Positions 8,756 to 19,220 of a DNA stretch of 64,000 nt are shown piece after piece; position 1 is the first letter of the stretch, and each line of letters starts with the position of its first letter. Location of the stretch: NCBI GenBank assembly GCA_964014485.1, contig CAXHAT010000009.1, positions 1 to 64,000 of the forward strand, in the 5' to 3' direction. Source of the DNA: an uncultured Deferribacteres bacterium (lineage in GTDB: Bacteria > Zhuqueibacterota > Zhuqueibacteria > Zhuqueibacterales > Geothermadaptataceae). Below the pieces are notes generated by a model. It searched no databases and was not told the DNA's origin. It saw nothing but the letters and a program-made list of their open reading frames with translations. Position numbers and translations under genes: made by a program.

Positions 8756-11146
8756 ATGCTAAAGAACATTTTCAAAACGGCGATTCGGAATTTTTCGCGC
8801 AATAAAGCTTATTCGTTGATCAATATTTCCGGTTTGGCAATCGGTTTAAGTTGCTGCATATTGATCATTCTCTACATTCAGCGCGAAGTGAGCTATGACA
8901 AGTTCCACGAAAAGGCCGACAGAATAGGCCGCGTAATCGTGGAGTATGAATTTCAAGGCGAAGGGTCGAAACAACTATCCACGCCTTCAATCGTAGCGCC
9001 GTTGTTCCAGCGCGAATTCCCCGAGATTGAGCGGACTGTGCGCTTCTATCCGCCCTGGCGTTCAGCAGTCGTTCGATATAACCAAAAAGTTTTTCAGGAA
9101 GATCGCTTTTACTTTGCCGATTCCGCCGTATTTGAAATCTTTACCTTTCCGTTTGTCGCCGGCGACCCCGCGACAGCGCTGAATCGTCCTAACACTATCG
9201 TGATTACTGAATCGACGGCGCGCAAATATTTCGGCGATGAAAACCCGATTGGAAAAACGCTGCAGCGAGAAAACGACTGGCCGTTCGAAGTCACCGGCGT
9301 TTTGCAAGACTTGCCGGATAATTCCCACATAAAACTCGACTTTTTGGCTTCATACGCCAGCCTGCCCTTTAATTGGGCCAAAAACGAAACCTGGAACTCC
9401 GCTAATTTCCGAACTTATCTCTTGTTCAAAACCCCGCAATCACGGGCTTCCCTCGAATCAAAGCTGCCGGATTTAATTCAACGTGAACGGGGCGAGCAAT
9501 TAGCCGCAAGCGGGACAACGGTCAAACTGCATATCCAACCTCTCACACGCATACATTTGCATTCGCAATTGCGCGGGGAAACCAACGGCGATATCGCCAA
9601 CGTCTACGCCTTTTCCGCTATCGCCGTTTTGATCTTATTGATCGCCTGCATCAACTACATGAATTTCGCCACTGCTCGTTCGGCGCAACGCGGACGGGAG
9701 GTTGGAATGAGAAAAGTACTGGGCGCTTTTCGCAGCCACATCTCTTGGCAATTCTTCGCGGAATCGGCGATCACCACGACAATCGCCTTCGTCCTGGCCG
9801 TCATACTCGCCGAAATTTTATTGCCGTTTTTCAATGAAATGTTCGGTGAGACGCTTCGACTGGAGCTTCTTAATAATAACTTTTTGTTGATTGCACTTTT
9901 TGCGGTCGGGATCATTGTGAGCCTGATTTCCGGCAGTTACCCGGCGCTCATCTTATCTCGTTTCCAACCAGTGAACGTCCTGCGCGGCTCTGGCTCAAAG
10001 CAAGCGTCACGCACTTCATTTCGCGATAAGCTTGTGGTTTTTCAATTCCTGGTTTCAATCGCGCTGATCGCTGCTGCCTTCGTCGTTCACGATCAATTGC
10101 AATTTGTCCGGCAGAAAAAGCTCGGCTTCGATAAAGAACACGTTTTGGCGCTGCCCATGAGCGATTCCGTCCTCCGACAGAAGAAAGAAACGCTGATTTC
10201 TGAATTGACGCGCCACGAAAACGTTCTCTCCGCCTCAGCCGTAGATGGTTATCCATCCCGACTAAGCGCCGGTTATCGGCTTGCAGCGGAAGGGCTCAAT
10301 GAAGATCAATATCCGCTGGCCGGGGGCATGGCGGCAGATAAAAACGTGCTAAAAACGTTAGGAATCGAATTGATTGCCGGCCAGGGATTTCCGGAAAACT
10401 ATGTGCCCGAGCAAGGCTATTTTTACGTCATCAACGAAGCCTTGCTCAAACAAATTGGCTGGAATGCTGATGATGCGATCGGCAAGTGGGTCAATTTGCT
10501 CGGCAATAGGCAAGGGATTCTTGTCGGTGTTGCACGTGATTTTCATTTTACCTCGCTGCACCAGGAAATACAGCCGCTCGCGATGTTTCTCTCTCCAAAA
10601 CAAAACGATTATACCTACTTGCTTGTCAAAATCGCACCGGGAAATCCCCAGGAAACGCTGACGTTTATCGAGCAAAAATGGCGGGAAGCGGCCCCGCATC
10701 GTCCATTCGCTTTTTCATTTCTGGATGATCAGTTTGACGCCTTGTACCGCGCTGACGCGCGCATTGGTCAACTCCTGGTGAGTTTCTCCGGCTTGGCTAT
10801 TTTCGTCGCTTGCCTCGGCTTGTTTGGTCTCGCTGCCTTTGCCGCCGAGAAGCGCACCAAAGAAATCGGGGTGCGCAAAGTGTTGGGCGCCACGACCGCA
10901 AACGTCGTCGCGCTGCTTTCGAAAGACTTCGTCAAACTTGTCCTGATCGCTAATATCATTGCGGTCCCGCTCACGTGGTACGCAATGAACAACTGGCTGC
11001 AAGAATTCGCTTACCGAATTGAGCTTGGCTGGGGCGTGTTCGCCTTGGCAGGCGGGCTGACCCTTTTTATCGCGCTTTTTACCGTCAGCTTCCAGGCGAT
11101 CCGCGCCGCGCTGGCGAACCCGATCCAAAGCTTGCATTATGAATAA
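8756..11146 (+). CDS. ABC transporter permease, MacB/FtsX type (paralog 3)
   Basis: Same family motifs; ends ANPIQSLHYE. Confidence 0.95.
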   Translation: MLKNIFKTAIRNFSRNKAYSLINISGLAIGLSCCILIILYIQREVSYDKFHEKADRIGRVIVEYEFQGEGSKQLSTPSIVAPLFQREFPEIERTVRFYPPWRSAVVRYNQKVFQEDRFYFADSAVFEIFTFPFVAGDPATALNRPNTIVITESTARKYFGDENPIGKTLQRENDWPFEVTGVLQDLPDNSHIKLDFLASYASLPFNWAKNETWNSANFRTYLLFKTPQSRASLESKLPDLIQRERGEQLAASGTTVKLHIQPLTRIHLHSQLRGETNGDIANVYAFSAIAVLILLIACINYMNFATARSAQRGREVGMRKVLGAFRSHISWQFFAESAITTTIAFVLAVILAEILLPFFNEMFGETLRLELLNNNFLLIALFAVGIIVSLISGSYPALILSRFQPVNVLRGSGSKQASRTSFRDKLVVFQFLVSIALIAAAFVVHDQLQFVRQKKLGFDKEHVLALPMSDSVLRQKKETLISELTRHENVLSASAVDGYPSRLSAGYRLAAEGLNEDQYPLAGGMAADKNVLKTLGIELIAGQGFPENYVPEQGYFYVINEALLKQIGWNADDAIGKWVNLLGNRQGILVGVARDFHFTSLHQEIQPLAMFLSPKQNDYTYLLVKIAPGNPQETLTFIEQKWREAAPHRPFAFSFLDDQFDALYRADARIGQLLVSFSGLAIFVACLGLFGLAAFAAEKRTKEIGVRKVLGATTANVVALLSKDFVKLVLIANIIAVPLTWYAMNNWLQEFAYRIELGWGVFALAGGLTLFIALFTVSFQAIRAALANPIQSLHYE

Positions 11147-11149
11147 TCT

Positions 11150-11348
11150 AACCGAAGTTGTGACCTTCCGGTAAAAGCGCCGTTTTAAAAACGGAAAATG
11201 CTTGGAGTGCGAAGCTTGCTTTGCCTTTTATTCCGCTCAAATGGATAACACGGCAAATATCAGTCAAAAGCAGAGGTTCCGAGAAAGTCTGCAACGGAAT
11301 AGCAAGGCAAGCCTTGCACTCCTTTTTAGATAGGTCACAACTTGGGTT
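11150..11348. mobile_element. MITE-like element with 17-bp TIR, 5-bp TSD and an internal GGAGTGC...GCACTCC inverted pair
   Basis: AACCGAAGTTGTGACCT / AGGTCACAACTTGGGTT ends; AATCT at 11145-11149 and 11349-11353. Confidence 0.75.
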
Positions 11349-11371
11349 AATCTAACTTTATTGGAGACGGC

Positions 11372-13825
11372 ATGTTTAAAAACCATCTCAAAATCGCGCT
11401 TCGCAATATTTTGAAAAACAAGCTCTACTCAGGCATAAACATTGGCGGTCTCGCCGTCGGACTGGCCTGCGCCGTGCTCATTTCCATGTGGGTGCGCGAT
11501 GAATTGAGCTTTGACCAATTTCATCAAGCGAAAAATGAAATTTATCGCATCAATTGGGATTTTAAATGGAACAACAATGAAGGCATGGGCTCAGGCACGC
11601 CGCCGCCCCTCGCCGCTGCGCTGATGAATGATGTTCCAGATATTGCGGCAGCCACGCGCATCTACCCGGTTCCCAAGCAAGTAGTGCGGTACGGCGAAAA
11701 CTTTTTCTCCGAAGCCCATATTTTCGGCGTCGATCAAAATTTCTTTGAGATTTTCGATTTTGGTTTGACTGACGGCGACGCAAAAACGGCGCTCTCACAA
11801 CCCAACGCCGTTATTCTGACGGAAGAAGCCGCACACAAATATTTCGGCGGCGAATCGCCAATCGGGCGAATCATCACCATCGGCGAAGACCAGACGCAGC
11901 TTGGAAAATCTTACCAAAGCGCCTTCAAAGTCAGCGGCGTTATGAAAAACCCGCCGCACAATTCTCATTTCCAATTTGACATGCTAACCTCAATTTCTTC
12001 GCACCCTCTCGTCGAATATTTTGACTGGAGCTGGATTTGGATGCGTGTGACGACTTACGCCAAACTGGCCGAAGGCGCTTCCGCCCAAAGCGTTGAAGCC
12101 GCAATCCCCGCCTTGGTCGAAAAATACGCCCCGCCCGCCTTTAAACGTATCGGTTTTTCTTATGATGAACTGCTCGCAAACGGCGGACGCTGGGACTTTC
12201 TTTTACAGCCGCTCACCGACGTTTACCTCGGTTCGTCCGACATCGGCAATCGCCTTGGGCCGCTCGGGAATCGGCTCTACGTCTACATTTTTTCGATTAT
12301 TGCCGTTTTCGTCGTCATTATGGCTTGCATCAATTTCATGAATCTGGCGACGGCGCGCGCATCCAAACGCGCAGTTGAAATCGGCGTTCGCAAAGTGCTG
12401 GGGTCAAAAAAATCGCTTTTTATACGGCAATTCCTCTCCGAATCGACGCTTTTTGCCCTGCTTTCTCTGCCCGCCGCCTTGTTGATCGTTGAATTATTTG
12501 CGCCGTATTTCAACCAGCTCTCCGGGAAAAACTTGCAACTGGACTTGCTCAACCCACTCTGGTTTGGCCCTCTGCTTCTGTTGATAACGGTCGGCGTCGG
12601 CGTGGTGGCCGGAAGCTACCCCGGATTTTATCTGTCTTCCCTTAATCCGGCGCATGTTTTCAAGGGGCCTGGGGGCGGTTCCCAAGTAGGAAGGCGGCGA
12701 TTACGCAATTTCCTGGTCATTTTCCAGTTTGCCATCACAATCGGTCTGATCGCCGGAACGTTCCTGGTTCAAGATCAACTTCGTTTTGTACAACAAGCTG
12801 ATTTGGGCTTTGATCGCGGGGGACTCGTCGCAGTTTCAAACGAGAATAATCGCCTTGGAGAACAAGCGGAAGCCTTTAAGGAAAAAATCAAAACCAACGC
12901 AAACTTTTTGGATGCATCCATCTCGACCGGCGCGCCGCCGTCCTGGGGCTTTCAGGATTATTACAAAGTGGAAGGCAAAGGCAATGAACAGTTCGACCTG
13001 AGTTCATTCATGACGGACGAAAATTTCATCTCCACACTTGGCGTCGAAATTGTGCAAGGGCGCGGCTTTTCAAAAGAATTTGGCTCTGACGCTCGAAGCA
13101 TCATACTGAACGAAGCCGCCGTGCAGGCCTTTGGGTTGGAGAACCCGATCGGCAAAATAATTCACTACCCAAGCACCGGAGATTTTGAAGTGATTGGCGT
13201 GATGAAAGATTTCAATTTTATGTCGCTCTATTCGCCGATTGCGCCGTTTGCTTTGTTTCACCATTCTTCCAAAACTTATCAGATTCCAAATTCCTACGTT
13301 ATTGTGCGAGTCGGCTCCGGAGACATTGAAAACAGCTTGCAAACGCTCCGCTCCGAGTGGCAGTCTTTTGCGCCAAGCGCACCGTTTGAGTTCACCTTCC
13401 TGGACGAACGATTCGACGCTCAATATCGCAGCGACCAACGTCTCGGACAGATATTTTTGATATTTTCCATTTTGACGGTTTTCATCGCCTGCCTCGGCCT
13501 TTTGGGACTCGCCGCTTTCGCCGCTGAACAGCGCACAAACGAAATCGGCGTGCGCAAAGTGCTTGGCGCAACGACAACCAATGTCACGGCGCTGCTTTCA
13601 AAAGATTTTGTCAAGCTCGTGCTTTTGGCGAATATTATCGCGTGGCCGATCACGTGGTACGCCATGGAGCAGTGGCTGCAAGAATTTGCTTATCGGGTTG
13701 AAATTGGGGTCGGCGTGTTCTTGATGGCGGGCGGCTTGGCGCTGTTGATTGCCTTCTTCACCGTCAGCTTCCAGGCGGTTCGCGCCGCGACGGCAAATCC
13801 AGTTGATTCTTTACGATACGAATAA
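11372..13825 (+). CDS. ABC transporter permease, MacB/FtsX type (paralog 4)
   Basis: Same family motifs; ends ANPVDSLRYE. Confidence 0.95.
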   Translation: MFKNHLKIALRNILKNKLYSGINIGGLAVGLACAVLISMWVRDELSFDQFHQAKNEIYRINWDFKWNNNEGMGSGTPPPLAAALMNDVPDIAAATRIYPVPKQVVRYGENFFSEAHIFGVDQNFFEIFDFGLTDGDAKTALSQPNAVILTEEAAHKYFGGESPIGRIITIGEDQTQLGKSYQSAFKVSGVMKNPPHNSHFQFDMLTSISSHPLVEYFDWSWIWMRVTTYAKLAEGASAQSVEAAIPALVEKYAPPAFKRIGFSYDELLANGGRWDFLLQPLTDVYLGSSDIGNRLGPLGNRLYVYIFSIIAVFVVIMACINFMNLATARASKRAVEIGVRKVLGSKKSLFIRQFLSESTLFALLSLPAALLIVELFAPYFNQLSGKNLQLDLLNPLWFGPLLLLITVGVGVVAGSYPGFYLSSLNPAHVFKGPGGGSQVGRRRLRNFLVIFQFAITIGLIAGTFLVQDQLRFVQQADLGFDRGGLVAVSNENNRLGEQAEAFKEKIKTNANFLDASISTGAPPSWGFQDYYKVEGKGNEQFDLSSFMTDENFISTLGVEIVQGRGFSKEFGSDARSIILNEAAVQAFGLENPIGKIIHYPSTGDFEVIGVMKDFNFMSLYSPIAPFALFHHSSKTYQIPNSYVIVRVGSGDIENSLQTLRSEWQSFAPSAPFEFTFLDERFDAQYRSDQRLGQIFLIFSILTVFIACLGLLGLAAFAAEQRTNEIGVRKVLGATTTNVTALLSKDFVKLVLLANIIAWPITWYAMEQWLQEFAYRVEIGVGVFLMAGGLALLIAFFTVSFQAVRAATANPVDSLRYE

Positions 13826-13872
13826 CAGCAAGCTATTAAACTGAAAATTCCGAAGCAAAAGCGGAGGACGGG

Positions 13873-16236
13873 ATGTTTCAAAGCTATCTCAAAATCGCCT
13901 TCAGAAATTTTCGCCGATTTAAGGCGTATTCATTTATCAACATCATTGGTTTAGCCGTCGGACTGGCCAGCGCATTGGTCATTGGCTTATGGGTGCATCA
14001 GGAATGGAGCTATGATCGCCACTTTCACAATGCCGAACGCATTTACCGCATCGGCGTGAATTTCATGAATATCGGCGACATGGCGCCCGGCCCGCCGCAA
14101 TTCAGCCAGTTCGCACAAAACTTTCCCGAAGTTGAAAAAACCGCGCAACTGGACGGTCCTTCGCGACTTGACCTTTACGTCAACAATCAGCGGTTTACGG
14201 AATCTCTCACCTTTACCGCCGACTCCGCTTTCTTCAATTTGTTTTCATACGATTTCGTTGAAGGCGATCTCAACTCGGCCTTGAACCAACCCGACGCAGT
14301 TGTCTTGACTTCAAAGTTGGCTCAAAAATATTTCGGCGACGCACCGGCTCTTGGCAAGGTCATTTCCATCGGCGAAGAAAAAACGCCGCACATCGTCACT
14401 GGAATTGTCAATCCCGGGAACGGCAATTCGCACATCAACGCGGATTTGTGGCTTCGAAGGGAGGCGACGAAAAACGAAAATTGGCAGTCCGCCAACGGTT
14501 ATAATTACGTGCTCCTGAAAGAAGGCCTCACTTTGACCGCGCTTCAGGACCGGCTGCGAGCATTTGTCCAAACGCATGTCCACCCCGCCCTTTCGCCCGG
14601 CGTTCCTTATGATGAATGGATCAAAAGCGACCGCGCTTATCGATTCATCCCCATCGCGATCACTGATATTTACCTCACTTCTAACTTGCGCTTCGAGCCG
14701 TCGCCGGTCGGCGACAAAAACAACGTCGTCACGTTCGGCGCCATCGCCATACTCATCATTCTCATCGCCAGCGTGAACTACGTCAATATCACAACGGCGC
14801 GGGCTTCCGTGCGCGCGAAAGAAGTCGGCGTGCGTAAAAGCCTGGGAAGCGGGAAAAGCGCATTAGCAGCACAATTTCTATCCGAATCATTCATTTCATG
14901 CGGTCTGGCTTTGCTCATTGCGCTCGGTTTGGGTGAATTGTTCCTGAAAGTATTCGAATGGGCGACCGGTCTGAGCTTAATGGAAAGCCTGTTCGCAACT
15001 CCGGAAAAAATCATCGTCGCCGCCGTTGCCGCTTTGGTCATTGGTTTGTTAGCGGGCCTTTACCCGGCGTTTTATTTGACGACGTTCAAGCCGATCAGCG
15101 CTTTAAAAGGCAAGTTTCATTCTCCGAAAGGCGGCAGGACAAAATTTCGCAACGCATTGGTTTTATTGCAGTTCACTATTTCTACATGCCTGCTCATCAG
15201 CGCCGGAGTCGTCTTCAGCCAGCTTGAATTTATGCGCGACAAAGATCAAGGCCTGCAAACGGACAATGTTTTGATCGTGAGTAACGCCAGACTTTTAGGG
15301 GATCAAAAAGAAGCGTTCAAGCAAGCGCTGCTCTCACATTCCGGCGTAGAAAATGCGAGCTACAATCACCGAATTCCTGCGGGAACCGCGCTTTTGGTCA
15401 AGTCCTTCAGAACCTCGGAAATGGAGCAAGGGCTGCCGATGCAGTCGTTTTTCGGCGACTACAAGACAATCCCGACCATCGGCTTCAAAATCATCGAAGG
15501 CCGCAACTTTTCTCGGGACTTGGCTTCGGACAGCGCCGCCGTTATTTTGAATGAGTCCGCCGTTAAGGCGTTGAGTTTGCAGAATCCCGTTGGGGCAATT
15601 CTAAATAACGACCTCCGAGTGATCGGCGTTGTGACCGATTTTAATTTTGAAAGCATGCGCAATACCGTCGAACCCGCCGCTCTAACGCTGAACCCCAACG
15701 GCGGTAGATTGGCTATCAAATTGCGCAATGAAAACGCCCGTGAAACGTTGACGTACGCGCAATCGCTCTGGGCAAGTTTTGGCCCCGTTGACCCCATGTC
15801 GTTTTACTTTCTCGATGAAAACTTTGAGCGGTTGATGGAAAAAGAGCGCGTTCTCTCCAAGGCTGTGCTCATTTTTACCATTCTCGCTATTTTTATCACT
15901 TGCCTCGGACTTTACGGTTTATCAGCCTACATGGCCGAGCAGCGCACGAAGGAGATCGGCGTTCGCAAAGTGCTCGGCGCAACTGTCGCAGGTATCTCCG
16001 CGCTATTGTCAAAGAATTTTGTCTATCTCGTTTTGTTAGCCAATCTGATCGCCTGGCCTGTCGCCTGGTTCATGATGAATTCCTGGCTGCAAAACTTTGC
16101 CTACCGCACAGAGATCAGTTGGTTGACCTTCGCATTGTCAGGCGGATTAACGTTGGCAGTCGCCTTGTTAACCGTCAGTTCGCAGGCCATTCGCGCCGCA
16201 CTGGCGAATCCGGCAAAAGCGTTACGGTATGAATGA
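13873..16236 (+). CDS. ABC transporter permease, MacB/FtsX type (paralog 5)
   Basis: Same family motifs; ends ANPAKALRYE. Confidence 0.95.
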   Translation: MFQSYLKIAFRNFRRFKAYSFINIIGLAVGLASALVIGLWVHQEWSYDRHFHNAERIYRIGVNFMNIGDMAPGPPQFSQFAQNFPEVEKTAQLDGPSRLDLYVNNQRFTESLTFTADSAFFNLFSYDFVEGDLNSALNQPDAVVLTSKLAQKYFGDAPALGKVISIGEEKTPHIVTGIVNPGNGNSHINADLWLRREATKNENWQSANGYNYVLLKEGLTLTALQDRLRAFVQTHVHPALSPGVPYDEWIKSDRAYRFIPIAITDIYLTSNLRFEPSPVGDKNNVVTFGAIAILIILIASVNYVNITTARASVRAKEVGVRKSLGSGKSALAAQFLSESFISCGLALLIALGLGELFLKVFEWATGLSLMESLFATPEKIIVAAVAALVIGLLAGLYPAFYLTTFKPISALKGKFHSPKGGRTKFRNALVLLQFTISTCLLISAGVVFSQLEFMRDKDQGLQTDNVLIVSNARLLGDQKEAFKQALLSHSGVENASYNHRIPAGTALLVKSFRTSEMEQGLPMQSFFGDYKTIPTIGFKIIEGRNFSRDLASDSAAVILNESAVKALSLQNPVGAILNNDLRVIGVVTDFNFESMRNTVEPAALTLNPNGGRLAIKLRNENARETLTYAQSLWASFGPVDPMSFYFLDENFERLMEKERVLSKAVLIFTILAIFITCLGLYGLSAYMAEQRTKEIGVRKVLGATVAGISALLSKNFVYLVLLANLIAWPVAWFMMNSWLQNFAYRTEISWLTFALSGGLTLAVALLTVSSQAIRAALANPAKALRYE

Positions 16237-16248
16237 ATCAGGCAAGCG

Positions 16249-16365
16249 ATGAATAAGAAGATTCGCTCGACCACTCGTCGGAACTTTCTGCAGAGCGCCC
16301 CGGCGTTCGTTTTGGCCATACACGAAAATTTGGCTTTGAGTTCCGTCAAGCACAACGAAGAGTAA
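16249..16365 (+). pseudogene. Remnant of a Tat-signal-bearing gene (38 codons)
   Basis: MNKKIRSTTRRNFLQSAPAFVLA.. runs into the repeat starting at about 16332 and stops. Confidence 0.45.
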
Positions 16366-16459
16366 TTCGCCCCGGAGCCAAACCTTCAGCGTTTGATTGT
16401 GATTTCCCGTCATTGGCGACGATGAATCGTCGCACTCCGAAAAGAGCTACTCAAAAGCC
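16332..16459 (+). repeat. Dispersed palindromic repeat family X (CCGGAG.CAAAC..TCAGCG.TTG ... GCGACGATGAATCGTCGCACTCCG)
   Basis: Homologous to 32604-32751 (reverse), 16635-16684 and 22895-23096; ends GGCTTTGAGT / ACTCAAAAGCC. Confidence 0.8.
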
Positions 16460-16503
16460 AACCAACCTCGCTTGCGGTCTTGACCAGGAAGTAACTTCGG
16501 AGT

Positions 16504-16622
16504 AGGGTTGTCCAAAAACAAGACGTCTGAATAGCGGGTATACCAGATGTAGGGGTTCAAAATCTTGAACCCCAACGACATGCTGTATATCGCTCTGCAA
16601 GTTTTATGTTTTGGAAAGTTCC
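16504..16622 (+). mobile_element. MITE-like family Y with a GTAG-REP core
   Basis: GGGTTGTCCAAAAACA...ATGTTTTGGAAAGTTCC around GTAGGGGTTCAAAATCTTGAACCCCAAC (16549-16576). Confidence 0.75.
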
Positions 16623-16634
16623 GGGGTGGCTTCT

Positions 16635-16684
16635 CGTCATTGGCGATGATGAATCGTCGCATTCCGAAAAGAGTCACTCAGAAA
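16635..16684 (+). repeat. Partial second copy of family X
   Basis: CGTCATTGGCGATGATGAATCGTCGCATTCCGAAAAGAG nearly identical to 16408-16446. Confidence 0.8.
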
Positions 16685-16725
16685 CGAATTTTCACTCAAG
16701 AATTGACTTTCGTACAGGGAAAGGC

Positions 16726-19122
16726 ATGTTTAAAAACCACTTCAAAATCGCCCTACGCGCACTGATGCGCGCCAAAAGCTATACAGCGCTGAATGTTTTT
16801 GGCTTAGCCGTTGGCCTAACTTGCGTCAGCCTGATCGCAGCCTGGAGTTTTGATGAATTGAGCTTCGACCGTTTTCATCAAAAGCACGAGCGCATCTACC
16901 GTGTCGTTGGTCAAGTCAAAACGGATTCGGAGACGTTCGATCAAGCCGTCACCTCGCCGCCGATGGCCCAAGCGTTGGTGCAGGATTTCCCCGAAATTGA
17001 AAACGCCGTGCGTCTGGATATGAACGATTGCATCGTGCGCAACGGCGACGTTCAATTTGAAGAAGACGGCGTGCTCATGGCCGATCAAAGCTTCTTCGAA
17101 ATCTTTGACTATCCGCTTGTTCAGGGCGAAATTGCAACAGCGTTAAGCGCTCCCTACTCCGTCGTTCTGACCGAATCAATCGCGAAAAAATATTTTGGCG
17201 ATGAAAACCCAGTCGGCCAAAACATCACGCTTTTCCAATATGACCCGGAAGGTCGCGGTGCACCGTACCAAATAACCGGCATTGTTGCCGATCCGCCGGA
17301 AAACGCTCACTTCTCTTTCACGATGCTCGGCTCCTTCAAAACGATTGAAACGGCGTCTCCGCGTATGGCGCAAAGCTGGTTTGACAACGGATTCTTTACC
17401 TACTTGCTGCTCAAGGACGGCGCTAATGCCAGCGCGCTCGAGCAAAAATTGCCGCAATTCGCCGAGCGTTACATGGGCGAAAAGATGCGCGAGTACAAAA
17501 TGTTTTACACTTACTCGTTGCAATCGCTCGCGGACGTCTACCTTCATTCAAACCTTCGCTACGAGATTGGCGCGACAGGCAGCATGAACACGGTCTATAT
17601 TTTCGTCACCGTCGGCGTCTTTATTTTGCTCATCGCTTGCATCAATTACATGAATTTGGCAACGGCGCGTTCGCTTGGTCGGGCGCGGGAGGTCGGCGTA
17701 AAAAAAGTGCTGGGCGCCGAGCGATCACAATTAGTGCGGCAGTTTTTGGTCGAATCCACCCTTGTGGCGATGGTCTCATTTGTACTGGCTTTATTCTTTA
17801 CCGAGCTTTTGCAGTCGCCGTTTTTTGAGCTGACCGGCAAGCAATTGGATCGCGTATTTTCAATGGAGCTGCTTCTATTAATTTCAGGAATCACTCTGTT
17901 CATCGGTGTGCTTTCCGGACTTTACCCGGCGTTTTTCATCTCTCGATTCGCTGCAGCGGCTGTTCTGAAAGGCAGCTTTAAAACGTCAAAAGCCGGCGTT
18001 TTTATGCGTGAAAGTCTTGTCATTGTTCAATTCGCGATTGCCATTGTTTTGCTTTCCGGCGTTGCAGTCGTCAAATCGCAGATGGATTTTATTAAAAGCA
18101 AAGATCTAGGGTTCGATAAAGACGCACTGCTTCTGCTCAAGGTCAACGGCTTCGCTGAAGTGCAGAACGAATTCCAGCCTTTTAAAAACGCCTTGCTGGC
18201 CGACCCCGCCATTTCGGGCGTCACCAGATCACGCGGACTCATCGCCGGCGGACTGGGCAACGTGCTCATCGAAACGGTGGACGGTGAGGGCAGACCCGTT
18301 TCTTCCAGCATTTACCGGCTGCAGGTCGATCCCGACTTTTTAGACGTTTATAAAATTGAACTGCTCGCCGGAAGGGACTTGACTGAAGCGGATTCCATGG
18401 GCGCATACATCGTCAACGAATCCGCTGTACAAGCGTTTGGCTGGGGCGAGCCGCAGAATGCGCCGGGCAAACCTTTTGCGCGCGACAGGCCGGGAGCAGT
18501 CATCGGAGTCGTCCAGGATTTTCACTTCAATTCGCTGCAGCAATCTATCGCGCCGATGGAATTCCACCTCACCAGACCCAACGCTTTTTCACGCATTTCC
18601 ATACGCTTAGAAACCGCGAATTTGGCCGAAACCGTCGCCTTTGTGGAACAGACGTGGCGCGAGCATTTTCCGGCAGCGTTGTTCCAACATTCCTTTTTCG
18701 ACCAGCGTTTGGAAAACCAATATCGCCAGGAAAAACTCTTCGGCGATATTTTCTCAGCTTTTGTAATAATCTCTCTGACCATTGCCTGCTTAGGTCTGCT
18801 TGGTCTTTCCGCATTCGCAGCGGAGCAGCGCACAAAAGAAATCGGCGTCCGAAAAACGCTCGGCGCAACCGTTCCTAATGTCATTGCGCTGCTTTCGAAA
18901 GATTTCGCCAAGCTCGTGCTTTTGGCGAATATTATCGCTTTGCCGGTCGCCTGGTTTGCAATGAACGGCTGGTTGGAAAATTTTGCTTATCGCGTGGAAA
19001 TGAGTTGGTGGGTTTTCGCTGCAGCGGGCGGTGCGGCTTTGTTTATTGCGCTTTTAACGGTCAGCACGCAAGCCGTTCGAGCAGCGCTTGTTAATCCTGT
19101 TGAAAGCCTGCATTATGAATGA
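16726..19122 (+). CDS. ABC transporter permease, MacB/FtsX type (paralog 6)
   Basis: Start reassigned to MFKNHFKIALR to match the paralogs; ends NPVESLHYE. Confidence 0.95.
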   Translation: MFKNHFKIALRALMRAKSYTALNVFGLAVGLTCVSLIAAWSFDELSFDRFHQKHERIYRVVGQVKTDSETFDQAVTSPPMAQALVQDFPEIENAVRLDMNDCIVRNGDVQFEEDGVLMADQSFFEIFDYPLVQGEIATALSAPYSVVLTESIAKKYFGDENPVGQNITLFQYDPEGRGAPYQITGIVADPPENAHFSFTMLGSFKTIETASPRMAQSWFDNGFFTYLLLKDGANASALEQKLPQFAERYMGEKMREYKMFYTYSLQSLADVYLHSNLRYEIGATGSMNTVYIFVTVGVFILLIACINYMNLATARSLGRAREVGVKKVLGAERSQLVRQFLVESTLVAMVSFVLALFFTELLQSPFFELTGKQLDRVFSMELLLLISGITLFIGVLSGLYPAFFISRFAAAAVLKGSFKTSKAGVFMRESLVIVQFAIAIVLLSGVAVVKSQMDFIKSKDLGFDKDALLLLKVNGFAEVQNEFQPFKNALLADPAISGVTRSRGLIAGGLGNVLIETVDGEGRPVSSSIYRLQVDPDFLDVYKIELLAGRDLTEADSMGAYIVNESAVQAFGWGEPQNAPGKPFARDRPGAVIGVVQDFHFNSLQQSIAPMEFHLTRPNAFSRISIRLETANLAETVAFVEQTWREHFPAALFQHSFFDQRLENQYRQEKLFGDIFSAFVIISLTIACLGLLGLSAFAAEQRTKEIGVRKTLGATVPNVIALLSKDFAKLVLLANIIALPVAWFAMNGWLENFAYRVEMSWWVFAAAGGAALFIALLTVSTQAVRAALVNPVESLHYE

Positions 19123-19220
19123 TTGTACGTTTTCGTTGAAAAACCCGGTCGGAATTGACGATTTTCCAGCAGTTTATCGTTATATTCCGCTCCGATTTTG
19201 CAACCCAACGGAGGCGTTAC

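Noticed and set aside
11146..11353. attC site (ATCTAAC...GTTAATC)
   Set aside because: The right end fails GTTRRRY, a 5-bp duplication fits a MITE better, and no integrase is seen; the W elements also fail the consensus.
16332..16684. Direct repeats about 227 bp apart as a CRISPR array
   Set aside because: Only two copies, the interval is far too long and contains another repeat family, and no cas genes are present.
16606..16725. 40-aa N-terminal extension of permease 6
   Set aside because: It reads through repeat DNA; the paralogs start at MFK.
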